Position numbers and translations under genes: made by a program. Shown here in pieces: positions 1 through 13,480 of a stretch of DNA of 64,000 bases (positions within the stretch are counted from its first letter, which is position 1; each line of letters starts with the position of its first letter). The notes beneath the pieces were generated by a model. That model saw only the letters and a list, made by a program, of their open reading frames with translations. It ran no database searches and was not told the DNA's origin. The DNA is from Marsupella aquatica (taxonomy: Eukaryota; Plantae; Marchantiophyta): assembly GCA_973895155.1 (NCBI GenBank), contig OZ316891.1, positions 6,295,708 through 6,359,707 on the forward strand. The letters are read 5' to 3'.

Positions 1-61
1 AGGATAGACCACCACTTCGTAACTCAATGTACGTGTCTGTTTCGTCTTGTGGATTGGGCAG

Positions 62-3000
62 GGAGGCTGGCGGGGAACGCCACCAAAACTGGTGAAATTC
101 TCATCAATGGTCGCCGGAAGACCTTGTCTTATGGAATGGCGGTACGTGTTTCAGTCTAACTTTTCATTCAGGAAGACGTCTGGTTATAAGTACATAATAA
201 GAACATTTCACCATCGAAATGTAGTATGATCTGTATTTATTATCTACCATAGAGAGATCTTCTGAGGATCCTTTCTCTTAGATTTAGCCCCGAGTGCGGG
301 ACGATCATTGTGTAACGGCGGGTTGGTTTGCAGGCATACGTAACACAGCAAGACGATTTGATCGGAACGCTGACGGTTCGAGAGTCGGTGTACTACTCAG
401 CTAGTCTGAGGTTGCCGGATTCCATGCCCAGGGCTGATAGAAAGGCCATAGCGGAAAGTACTATAGAGGAAATGGGGTTGAAGGAGTGTGCAGATACTCC
501 CATCGGGAACTGGCATCTCAGAGGCCTGAGCGGCGGTGAGAAAAGGCGGGTTAGCATCGCCCTGGAGATCCTCACTCGTCCTCGCGTCCTGTTTCTTGAT
601 GAACCAACTAGTGGACTCGACAGGTGAGCAGAATTACGTCCAAGATTGTCCATGCCATCGAAGCACATTTCTTAAGTCCGTCAGTAAGAAATTATACCGA
701 AGTATCATACCCAAAGATTATTTCGCGAGTCTCGAGAATTCGGCTAATGTTGTGGGATCCTTACGATGCTTGACTACCGTCATTTCTGGAGTGGAAACTC
801 TCTGGAAACTGACAATCCGGACCTTTGCGAAACCTGTCCGCACACCTTTGACGCATTTATTATGCGCTACGCTAGATTTCTTTTCACGACCTTATTAATT
901 AATGTTAGTTATATATCTGTGATTAAGAAACACAGCATATAGTTGAATTGAATGACTGCCGACATGGAACAACATCAGAGAGCTCAAACACACGAAGCGC
1001 TCTGTGCCCCTTTTTGTGACTTTCGAATATAGCCAGCAAAATAGGATGTGTTGTCTCACTCGTACACACCTATGGTTGTTGAAAAGCAAGACTTCCGTCA
1101 GTAAGCAGCAGTGAGTTTATCACGCTTAGATAATAATCATTGGGCACAGATAGCGTTTGTACCTCCACTCCCTTATTTATACTGCCCAGGTAGTGGAGTA
1201 ATTGAGGTCAGAGGCCTAATTGAGAGCTCGGACAACTAACCCCATGTATCGCATTCCCACTTCTTTCTGGCGAATGTATTTATGTTTCATCTTGAGTAGT
1301 GGATTGCCAGCTAAGTTGATCGTACTAAATCACATACTTTATTACTTTATTTCCAAACCTTTTGAGTGGAGCTCTCAAGGACGAGTGGATTGGATTGTTA
1401 TGCTTTAATCACGTACCCTCTTGAGTTAGTCGTGGTGGGGAGCTACTACTAAGAATGGGAATGCCCAAGACGTATTCCATCATTGGGTTTTCTTTAATCG
1501 CCTTCTTGATTTCGTCGTGATGGGGAGCTACTAGAGGAATTGGAATGTCCGAGACTTACTCCATCATTCAGACAGCCAGACTGGAACCTAATTGCTAGCA
1601 GTACCCAGCAGACACAAGCACATATCAATTACAGGTTTCTGATGACAGGATCGCAAGAATAGGTCTCTGCTGTTGACGTCGCTGTGATTTGCACTGGGAT
1701 TGACCAAATTCATTTAAGTTTTGCAGCGCTTCAGCTTTCTTCGTGGTGACTACTCTGAGGAGTTTAGCCCGGGATGGGCGAACTGTCATCGCTTCAATCC
1801 ATCAGCCAAGCAGCGAAGTATTTGAGCTCTTTGACAACCTGTATCTCTTATCGTCCGGCAAAACAATATTTTTCGGGGAAGCACATAGTGCAATTGAGGT
1901 ACAGGCCAAGTGCTTCTAGCGCAATTGTTGAATATTGATACACATTTGCCATCTGGCTCTAGAATGTAGCTATTTAGCCATACCATCACTAAGACAACAC
2001 GGTACTTATTCGACGTTCTGAGAGCTGGAGAAACAGAAGTTTCTGTAATGGAACATATTTTAATCATCCCTTCTAAGGTCGCCTTTCATCAGTATTATCC
2101 TCCCTGAAAGCGATTATAAGTTTAGCACAAATGAGCAGAGTCGTGGTCACATCATCCATGAGAGCTTTTGCAAGTGACCGCTCTAAGCTGTAGTATCCGT
2201 CTCAGTACTAGACTTATTCCGGATCTATGTAAGAGTAGATAAAGTGAAAATTGATCTTCGAGAGCTGTTAAGAATCTGCAAGTGCCTTGTGTGAAGGAAA
2301 CTCATCAATCTTTGGAGTACTCAGTTGATTTCCAAGACTCTGACTCATAGTGATTCCATGCGCGAACAAACTTGAAATTTAGACAGCTTGACGTTTTGGT
2401 CATTTTCAAGAGTAGGCACATTGCTAAGAAGTTGGTTCCTTTGGTTCCAAACGAGACTGGAGTTGCCGACAGAGAGTGATTGACTGATGAACCAACTAAT
2501 TAAGAGAATGGGACTCAAGGCGTCTTTGAGATCCAATTAGAGACAGGAGCTTTCTAGGGTCGTTTCGAATGTACTCAAAACAGCTTCTCATTACTACACT
2601 CAGGAGATAATTCGAAGGCTTGCCAGTGGAAAAGTGCAGTCAGGTTCCTTACATTACCTAGGAGAGTTTCAGTCAGAGACTATCTTCGTCTGTTCACGGA
2701 GCTGCAGCCTAGTACTTACTTAGCTGATCCAGGTTACAGTATCACTAGCTACGCAGAGTAAATGGCACGGCTGGAATATGTTATGGGTGCCGGATTTCAC
2801 CATCGTTCTCATCAATCACTGTATAGCTGCAGGACTTGATTGGTGCGTAAAGCGAGCAGATTGGTCGGGCCGCTTTGCATTAATCTTCTTCGGGTGTACT
2901 TTCATGGCAAAATTGTTGGATATGGAAACTGATGCAAAAGCAACGAATTAACTCAGAGTTCGCATAAACGCATAATATACTGAAATCGTGTTAAATACAG

Positions 3001-6000
3001 TTCTTCGCAGCTGCTGGCTTTCCATGCCCGCCGCTGAGGAATCCCTCTGATCACTTTCTTCGGGCAATTAATTCGGATTTCGACCGTGTCAAACACTCCG
3101 TCAAAGGGTCATTCAAACTCCAGGTATGGCTTAGGAATCTCTTCATAACCCCGTTCATAACTTCAACTTTCCGACCGTGTGTTTCGCGTCAGCCACAATC
3201 TATTCTCGATTAATGTATTTAGAATTGAACTCAGGTTAGCCGAATCATACAGCAACACATGCAATCAAACTAATTAGTAAGTGAATCGGTACTGTGACGT
3301 GTTTTCTATTGAAATTATGCAGCATGAAATCGAAACAGCCTGTCACGATCCACTGGACCGGATGATGGCTTCCGAGGTGGTGAACATTCTCGTGGAAGCT
3401 TACCAGAACTCAGAGTACTGTATGGCTGCCAAAGCTCGAGTTCACCAAATCTCACAAGTAGTAAGTATGTCCATAAGTATATAAACAAAGCAGCTGCCTG
3501 TTGGTAATTGGCAATAACTGTCCATACACAATTCTGAGTAACCTTCTTGCCCTTCCATGGCATCACGCCGCTTAATTAAAGACCACTAAAACCGAGATCA
3601 TATCGATCCATTCGAAGGGTTTCCTTATCAAAGGCTCAAACCGTAATAGCTGTCATTGAAACTGGTATTGAACTAGGTATAGTCTTGTGTTTGGGAAATT
3701 ACATGTTTTTATATACATGATGATACATCAGTTCCTTAAACATATAGTGGAATGGCTGGTATGTCTGTGCAAATGCAGCAAGGCACGGTCCTGGACTCGG
3801 AAGGAAGCTTGGCCGGATTTTGGAAGCAGGCATGGACCTTGACGAAGCGGTCATTCGTGAATATGTCGAGGGACATGGGCTACTACTGGCTGCGGCTGGT
3901 CATTTACATAATTCTGTGTCTTTGCATCGGCAGCATCTTCTACAAAGTGGGTAATAGCTACGATTCTATCATGGTGAGCTACATCCCTTGCTTGTTAACA
4001 TACATAGTGTAGAACATCGAAAGTCGGAATCTAGCGTCACCTCCAGAGAACCCAGGCATACAATTGACTCTTGAGAGTCCTGCAATCTCATAATGGATGC
4101 GGATTGTAAGATCAATGTTTTACCTGGGCCTTCAATTCGTTAAGATTTCTCCGGATTCATACTAATTATAAAATCACAAGAAATTGTATAGATTTTCAGC
4201 CTTGACCTCCCATTTGTAGACGGCAGGCGGGGACCATTGCTAACTATGTCCTGTCAGGGAAAGAACTTGAATCCACACATTAGACCATCTTGTCTGAAAA
4301 TGATAATTTATTGCGTTTTTAATTTTGTCATTGTAGTACTTCTGGCCTTTAATTTATCAATCTAGAAAGTTGTGGACACTCACAATCTAAAGCTGGAAAC
4401 TAAGATAGGCAACACGACACAGGCCAGGTTTCTAAAATCTTGCCCTCACGACGTACTTGGAAACCTATAATTCTTCGTTATGGCCTTACCCAGTTAACTT
4501 GCCATAATTTGATGGTGGACAACATTGGTCGGACGACGTCTTCATGCAGGGAAGGGCAGGATGCATTTCATACGTTGCAGGGTTCTTGACGTTTATGTCA
4601 ATTGGAGGATTTCCTTCTTTTGTGGAAGATATGAAGGTGCAAATTTCTCCACAATTTTTTTTAAATTCAGCAGATGATCTATAGCTATATCTATAAGTAG
4701 CTGAATGTTCACAAATACATCAGTCCAAAACATACTTCAGCGCTAGATGAGTGTGTAGGTCTAACATTTTATTTGCAATCTAGACAAATATTATCTGAAG
4801 AGTGTGTATCTCTTCTTTTAACTCAGAAATATGTTGGTCAACAAAATCCGGAACAAAATAATTAAGAAGGAAAACCTCTGTACACATCAAATCTCCGATA
4901 GATGGAGAGACAACCGTGCAAAGCTGCAACCATTTAGTCTTTTGGCTTATTCATGTTGTCACAGGCAACTTGATACATTCGATCAGATCCTTTCCGATTT
5001 GAACCAACTACTCAACTAGAAAGTAACTCCATAGATCGAAGCTTAGGTATTTGACCTACTAATCAAGAACCATTTGGTTAGTTAAATTGTTTACATCGCA
5101 TGTTGACAATCAGTCTGTGAGCACCCTCTCACTGCCTAGCAGTATATCATGTCTATTGACTCTATTGAATATTTCTGGCTGGGGTTAATAGATTGAAGGT
5201 CGCAGTTGAACAAGTATTAAATATTATTTAGAATGATGGATGATCAATCGAGAACTGTCATCAAAACGTGTACTGTAGGTCTTCAGCCGCGAGAGACTGA
5301 ACGGTCATTACGGAGTAGCGGCTTTCGTGCTTGGTAACTCGATATCATCCATTCCCTTCCTATTCCTAATCGCGACCGTGTCGACGTGCATCGTGTACTT
5401 CATGGTGGAGCTGCACCCGGGATTTGAGCATTTCGTGTACTTCACTCTTTGCCTCTTCGTCTGCGTCGCCTGCGTCGAGAGCCTCATGATGGCTGTTGCG
5501 TCCGTTGTCCCCAACTTCCTAATGGGCATCATCACCGGTGCTGGCATTCAGGTACGTACCAACCTCTGCCAAACGGCCAGCGAAGTCCCTTAGCCCCTCA
5601 TGATCCGTCTATCCCGTGTTGCACCACACTGCAGTGGTTTAGACTTCAATGCATTTCGCACCTCCACTCCCCTCTCTTCAGCTCTGGACCAAGAATCTGG
5701 TACATCTCCGTACTTTTCGTACTCGCTGCATGTGCTCACCAAGCCACTGACATTCCTCTCTCCCACGGAGCACTCGGGGGAGCACTTCAATGCAATGCTA
5801 TGTAGTACAAGTCCCTCACTTGCTCCTGGACATTGTGATATTCATCTTTACCATATTTGAGCGGCACCTTTATCCGCGATCATGATCCATCAGATGTGGT
5901 CGCACCTATATGATAGTAATAGGTGTATATCTTTGAATGAGAACAAGTCCTATGAGAACTGTCTCCTCAAGGTGAAGAGATTTTGATGGCTACAACTCAT

Positions 6001-7356
6001 CAAGACTTCATTTCATCACATCATTCATCCCTCTGATAAAATGATGACCAGCGCGCTCAGAATCTGTGTGAACTGGTGATGGTTGACTGTGCCAAAACAT
6101 CTTCATGACCTGAAAACCTGATTTTGTTGTGAGCCTGGACTAGTAGCAAATTTCTCGTGTCAGTCTAATTATGATGCAACGTGGACGACTGAGCAAGCAC
6201 TTATTGGATTGAGCAGGGGATCTTCATGCTTGTTGCCGGCTTTTTCCGGCTCCCTCTCGACCTACCGAAGCCAGTCTGGCGCTATCCGATGTCGTACTTG
6301 AGTTTCCACATGTATTCCCTTCAGGTACATATAATTTTCTTCCCATGCCTTGCATGCCAGGGTGCCAGTTTTGAGTGATTCAGCTCTGCTTGAGATGGCG
6401 GTTGGAGGTCAGTCGACCTGAGTTTTATCTTGAGAGGGGGAACTTCAAGTTGTGTCAACAACCAAATATGGTCAAGACAGATCACGGGAGGTAACTTGCA
6501 ATTCATGAGGAATGTCAAGATTATGAAACTTAGTATGACTTACGTGTTGACAAGACTTGGAGAGAGCAGGGAACACTATTCGGCATAGGATCTGTATGAA
6601 GATTGTGTCACTAAGGCAAAAGCTATTAGTCGTACCCGTACGCATTCCCCGTCTTGCATACCTGGATTGGAAAGAAGTGTCAAATGCAACATTGTATATA
6701 ATTATTTCAATGGATAAACTTCTAGAGCTGATCGCTTATCTTATTGAGTAGGTAGAATTCGAAAAACTTGATATTGTGCAAGAGTGAACATCACGATACC
6801 TTCGTGTATTCTGAGAGATGCATGCGCATACGACGAGTTTTCCGTTGTTAAGCAAATCACACAGCCTGATGTAAGCCTCTTCTCCATGCAGGGCATGTAC
6901 CAGAACGACTTCCTGGGCCTCGAGTTCACCAACATCAAAATTAACGGCAAGGTAATGGGACCTCCCATCTCTGGCCGCTACGTGCTGGAACAGAATTACC
7001 AGATCGACTTGGGGAGGAGTAAGTGGATAGATTTGGGTGCGATCGCTCTGATGTGCGTTGGTTACCGAATCATCTTTTTCCTAGCTATCAAAATGACGGA
7101 AGGGCGAGCCCGGGTGAAGAAGGTGACGGCGGCTATTTCTTCCAGCATGTGCACCTCGGGCGGCCATCAACAAGAAGCTGCCCCTCAGCAGCAGCTGCAG
7201 CAGCAAGCGGCAGGTCGGCCTGCGCTTTCTATAGCTCCGTCCCCTGCTAACGAGCACCTTCCGCTCCAGCAATACAGGCACTTCTGGGCCCCCTCCCCTT
7301 CTCCTCAGCATCAACCTCCTCCTCCTTCCCTCATCAGCAGTGGCAGCCAGGGCTAG
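62..7356 (+). CDS. ABCG11: ABC transporter G family half-transporter (ABCG11/WBC11-like, NBD-TMD); 5'-incomplete, first coding exon with Walker A lies upstream of the window
   Basis: Exons joined by GT-AG introns: 62-141, 334-623, 1727-1898, 3001-3123, 3323-3460, 3779-3973, 4550-4636, 5279-5551, 6217-6324, 6892-7356 (TAG); frame is continuous. Motifs: Q-loop AYVTQQDDL, signature [12 protein letters not shown], Walker B/D-loop [12 protein letters not shown]-switch [62 protein letters not shown]. These are typical of the plant ABCG11/12/15 clade; exact orthology needs a tree. Confidence 0.93.
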
Positions 7357-10300
7357 TCACCAGCATCTGACTGAAATTCCTCGCTCAGCATTGATCAACC
7401 TGCTCCTCCGTCTAGCATGAGCCCTTGCAAGCCCACACATTCAGCAGCGTCCGACTGAAATTCCTCGATCGCCTCGATTATTGCCCATATAATTTTGCTT
7501 ACAAATTAATGTCTGGCCATCATAGTTAGTCAAGTAGCTCTAGCTATCTTCGCAAATTCAGGTAAGCATTTTCGATCATAGTATTTTCTACTTACACTGT
7601 GAGGTGTCGTTTGGATCCCTAAATGAAACGCAACACTAGTTGCCAGCGATGTGGAACTATTCATAACTTAGACCCACAGCAATTTGCCCACAAACTCCAT
7701 CTTTACTAGCTGCTGGTAATCTACAGGAAAAACCTAGACCTACAGGACCAACTAGTTGTCTGCGGATATATCTCTAGTTAACAGAAACTCAATACGAGCT
7801 TCTTACTAGTGCCCTGTATGCAAAAACTTAAACCTCTAGCTGCAACTAGTAAGGAACTGGACTGGGCCGCAGTCAGTCGTTGTACTTCACCACAAGTAAT
7901 TCTCACGGCAAAACGTAAACAGAATAGGATGTCGTTCTTGTTAATTAGTCAGTTTGGAGTGGCTTTGAAGGTCCAAATGCCAGATAGAATTGAGCTCGCT
8001 AGTTCTATTTGAAGCTTCTATTTGAATTGGCAAGCACGTCCCGAGCTTATGGATGTGGTCTAGAGTGATCAATTCATCTGGTATTAGCATAGTTTGACAT
8101 ATTCAGATAGAACGACCCAGAAGAGGTCCACAACTATCTTAGCTCAAAAATATCGATATCATCTTCCAACATGCAATACCAGATCGAATCAAGTTGTGCA
8201 AGTGGTAGAGCTCGTGCGAGCAACGGGGAAATGTCTGGCGGTGATTGTTAAATATCAGTAAGAGTTTCCTGACGTCTTACTCAGTCTCCTCTGCCCATTC
8301 CCATGGACACAATTCGAAATTCACAATTTGTGTGATTTAGTTGAAGTTGGACTACAACTAGCAACTTTGATAGTTTAAGATGGGACATCACCAGCGCTGA
8401 ACTTCTCAAGTGAACGTAAACACGTAAGATCTCAACCAGAGAATGGACCTGTTTTATGGCTGCTTAGTAGCAAGCTGATTCCCTGTTTTCTTTTAACTTA
8501 GGAACTAAAGTTTTCCGGAGTAGGACCTTATTACTGTTTTGGTGTAGATTGCCAACTGATTTCGTAGAACTTAGCGTCGTTATTGACATGTGCTCAGTCT
8601 TTCCAATACATTTAGCGTCTCCTTGGTTTCCTCCCTAGTTATGAACCCTTCCAAGTCATCTACAGATGTAACATCGATATGAAGAAAATGTGAGTGCTTT
8701 ACAGCCTTCGATCCCTTCATTGTCGGCACTAAATGAAAGTTAACTGGCTGTGTTGGGCTTGAATTGTGAAAGAGTCCACATAATTATGTGAGCTTAGAAG
8801 TACTTCACAATAATCCAATTGGTCTTTTGATGCTGACTTTGATTCTGGCCTCGGATGATCATTCTGCTATCGAGAATAAGTTTTGTTGTCTTTGCTAGGA
8901 TGTCTTTTAATCCAGATTCCCACGGTCACTGCCCTTGTTTAAACTGAGTGACCATGCGGGTCACAAAATTTTCTTGGGATGCTATCAACTTGAGATTGAG
9001 TGGCAAAACTGATGCATACTAGACTTCAATATGCGCACTCTCCTTTGAATAAATTAAAACGACTCATCTGCTTCTTAGTCGTCACTGTCATCTTAGAGCT
9101 GAACTTCGTGATTTCATGGGATCCTCTGTCTCCAAGCAGCCACGATCCTATTTTGTTGTTAAATTTCCATAGAAACGATTGCATTGTTTCCCCTTCAAAA
9201 TCTCATCCGGCCATGTTGTTGATCCACTTCCACCATAGGCTGTGTAGTCCACAATTCATTTTTAAATGATTACGCATGGACGAATTGAATTTCACAGTAA
9301 TGATCTTGGGCATGTTGTCATAAGAGTGAAAGTCAGCATCATTCGAGACTCTACCATAAATGAAATGGACAAGGGTTCTATTGGATGATCCCATGATCAA
9401 TGTGTGTTGAGAGTAAAAATCACAGAGCATGATATCACACATTAATCAATGTGCAACATATAATTGACATGGAGACAAACATATGTGATTCACCCCGCCT
9501 AGACTACCTTCACGGCAAAGAGAAAAAATCACTATCCACTATCATTGGACGCTTGCCTTTGGTCTAGCAAGCCAACAACTAAGTTAAAGCATTTCTCTTT
9601 TCTCTCTCTAGTCTCCAACTCCTGAAGATTAACCTCTAGTATTAGTGCAGCAACTAAGTGCCCCTCCAGGGTACACGCCCTCTCGGCTAGACTAGCCTCA
9701 ACAGCCATCAACCATGGCTTAATGTTGGTACTCCACTCTAGCACATAGATAAATCAAATCAAGTGCACATAAACATGGTGAAGGGCTGTTAAGTTTAGAC
9801 TATTGGAGAGGACCTATACTAACCCTGGAGGAGCCAGTTCTTCTGCAAATACTATCTAGAGATCAGTCTTGAGGACTTGGAGACTAAAGAGAGAGAACCC
9901 CTAAACCCTAAAATGTCTCTAACTCCCTCCCCGACACCCCTACACATGATCAACAAACAGAGAATGTGTTTTGTCCTTCCAATTTGTTGTTACCGACAAA
10001 AGTTGATTTGCATCCTAGAAAGGAATCTTTCCCCAAATGTAAAAAGAATATTTGCATAGTGAGGTATGGTGTGCACACACCCAAACATGGGCACAATCTA
10101 GCATTGCAAACACAAGAGAATGATCAGAATAAAAGTGAAAATCATGTACACATGTGCACAAAACCTACAATAATCTTTTCCTAATCAAACACCAATTGAT
10201 GCCAACAATGCAAGTTTCTCAATCCTATCTGATGTGATCACATGATCCACATGTCAACTTGTAACTATGTCAAACCAAATGCACCTCAGTTGCCTTTGAA

Positions 10301-10842
10301 GAAATCTGCACTACGCACACACGCCCTACTCAACCACACCATAGCAACTAGAGCTTGCACTCAAAGGTTCGGCATTTAAAAGATAGCCTTTGAGTCATCA
10401 CAAATGGATAACTCTCCCTCCACATGAAACACTAATTGCCCATTTAGTACATATACAAAAGCCCTAAACCTAGATAGCATGTTGGAGTGCTGGAGCTTGC
10501 AACTAAAGCTTGCACTCCAACATGGAGCTTGCAACTCAAAAAATTCTCAAAAATTCTCAAAAAATTCTTCAAAAATTGTCATCCGTTTGTTGTTTACTAT
10601 TTGCTTTTTCCTTTTCCCTGTTTTTTGGCATGGTGGTTATACCCTTTCAAAGGGTGTGCAACTTCCAATAAGCTGAGCCAAATCCCCAAAACCTAGGTAG
10701 GTCAACAGACTTTAACCAAAATTAATGAATTGCTGTCACCCAACCTCTGTTAGATCCATAAGCTAATTACATTTTTGGAACAAGCATGATGTTCTTTCTG
10801 AATAAGTCTATATATATGACCAAGACCTTAATAGTTATGTTT

Positions 10843-11384
10843 GAAGGTGATATATGGTGAATGCACTTTTCAGATTTTGTCTTATTCATAATTTTTGTGT
10901 CATGGGTTTTTATTTCAATGTGCCTTATCAAGGGGCATCCTTTGTATTATATAGATTTTTTAAAATTTTTGAACCCCTTTAAATTTTGGTATCTTAGAGA
11001 ATTTTGAACTCATTTTGGCAACCCTCTTAATTTCTAATCCCAATGACTTTAAATTCTATCACTTCAATAAAGTTTTTAAGTCTTCTCATGAGAGTGAAAA
11101 ATGATTCTCAGGACGATTCTAAATAAACATGAACACATGGTGTCTTAACTTCCTCTCATGACTTTCTTCCCTAAGTTTATGGTTTTTTATTGAATTGGGT
11201 GTCATTAATAAGGCACAATTGAATTAAGTGCGCACAGCGTAGTGCCTTTGTGTCATAGCACCTTCATTGGTCACTATGTGCTTTTCTTTGCATGTCTTAT
11301 TCTAGTTCTATTCTCTTGTTTGATCCACTTACATAGCACTACAAGACAAACCATCAAGCATGTTCCAAGATGAACATGCTATAT
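10843..11384 (+). repeat. Dispersed AT-rich repeat, copy 1 (probable TE fragment)
   Basis: Collinear similarity with 16748-17435, sharing TATATGGTGAAT, CAAGGGGCATCCTTTGTAT, CATTGGTCACTATGTGCTTTT and CACTACAAGACAAA. Confidence 0.85.
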
Positions 11385-12864
11385 GACCAAAGACCTTAAC
11401 ATTAGTGGTGGACCTCCCACCATGTGCCTGTCCAAACTCGCATCTTGGCCCTGAAATAACTCGAACCTTGCACTCACATGGAATGTTGGGGCAAGTTCTC
11501 TCCGACTATACTCCTTGACGTTAGCGACCCCTCCCATACGAAGCCACACTTGCCCTTGTCAGCACAATCGTCGCTGAATGGTCTTTACTATATACACAAG
11601 CACCCAACCAACCGGTAAGAACCCATCTTCTTGGGGGCCTCAATCCAAGGGGTGTCCCATATCACGCTCGAAGTTTTGGGGGAATAAACACCCTAAAAGT
11701 TAAGTCAATAAAGTTTTTTCTTGGAATTTTTTACCCCTAACTTAATGGAATATTCCATGAATATTCCCATATTTTATTTTAAAAAACCCTATGATTCTTA
11801 TAATTCTCAAAATTAGATTAAAATAACCCTAATGTTCTTCAACAAAAATTTAAAAGTATTTCACTAAACCCAATAAAAAAACCCTATACTTATTTGCGCG
11901 TGATGGGTCGGAAGAAAAGAAGTGAGGACCCCGGGCCCGTCTTGATCTCAGAACTCCCAAGACCATTGTCTTGCATCAAGCTCAACAGTCGTTAGTAAGT
12001 AGGTCAGCGAATAGAGCCTCCCAGGCCTGCATGGCCTTGCCATAAGCTGAAACTAAGATTGGCATCACTGTTCGTCCGGAACAATCTATCTACCGGATGT
12101 CGCCCAAGCTTCCCCACTTTCTACCTATGAATGGCTGACCGCCCTGCCTCCAAGACATGCCCATGGTCCAAACTCAATTTGTCACAAACTAGCAGTAACA
12201 CGCTGGGACCATTCAATTTCTAGTTCTTATATAGCCACCTCCTTGCAAAATTGGGTTCCGCTCAACCTCTCATCATGCATCGGGACCAGATCTCAATGGC
12301 AGCCCCCAGATTCTATTTGGTTCTACCTCCCCAACATCAGGTCCCCGTGGGAACCAAATGCGGTTTGGTCACTGTTCAACTTCGGATCGACAAGAGGGAC
12401 TCCCCCCATTGCAAGCCTCAAAACCAAAACCATCCAATGCACAATCAGAGAGCACCATGAGGTAGCTTTATTCATTAGCTTTCCAAAGAGCCCAAGAACT
12501 CCCCCAACGAAGATCTGGTCGTCGAGTTATGTTTGTTTTCGCTCCAAAACTTGAAACGACATATCTTCGTGGATCGCGATCAGCTCGAACTCAAACTTGA
12601 GAGGACCACTCCCCTCATATATGCTTTTGGGGACCTCCACCCCCGGACCAGCTTTGGTCCCCTCTGTTTGGCCCCTTACCCGAGGGTCCGTGGGCCCCGC
12701 CACTTAGCTCAAAACAAAGATAATCAAAAATCTTCCGTAACTTGGCCTCGAGCATAAATCATGGCATAGGGGGCTAAAAGTTACGGCCTAAAACACACTC
12801 TAGTCCAGGCAACCCCCCTAGTCCAGGCAACCCCCTCTTGGTCCATCGATGCACGATGACTCTA

Positions 12865-13480
12865 AATCGGCCATAACTTTTGGCCCCTAGGTCCGTTGGC
12901 CAAAAAATACGCTGCCCCATGATCGGGTTCATGTGGGGCTCCTTGGGCCTCTATGGTGATCTGTTGGTTTATTTTTCCTTGATCGGCAACGGGCCCAAAC
13001 TACAAGCATGCAACTTGAATCGGCCATAATTTTTGACCCCTAGGTCCGTTGGCCGAGAAATATGCAGCCCCATGATTGGGCTCATGTGGGGCTTCTTGGG
13101 CCCCTATGGTGATTCGTTGGAAAAATAGTTCATTTTTTCCGTGATTGGCAACGGGGCCAATCTACAAGTATGCGGCTTGAGTGGACCATAACTTTTAGCC
13201 TCTGGGTCCGTGGATCGAGAAATATGCGGCCCCATGATTGGGCTCATGTGGGGCTTCTCAGGCCCATATGGTGATTTGTTGGAAAAATAGTTTATTTTTC
13301 CTTGATCGGCAACGGGCCCAAACTACAAGCATGCAATTTGAATCGGCCATAACTTTTGGCCCCTAGGTTTGTTGGCCGAGAAATATGCGGCCCCATGATT
13401 GGGATCATGTGGGGCTTCTTGGGCCCCTATGGTGATCCATTGAAAATAGTTTATTTTTCCATGATCTGCAACGGGTCCAA
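12865..13480 (+). repeat. ~155-163-bp tandem repeat (satellite or TE-subterminal type), about 4 copies
   Basis: Unit AATCGGCCATAACTTTTGGCCCCTAGGTCCGTTGGCC...CCCATGATTGGGCTCATGTGGGGCTTCTTGGGCCCCTATGGTGAT...GGCAACGGGCCCAAACTACAAGCATGC starts near 12865, 13018, 13180 and 13341. Confidence 0.92.

Noticed and set aside
5449-5860. ORFs overlapping the ABCG exon 5279-5551 and the following intron
   Set aside because: Off-frame or intron read-through products of the ABCG gene.
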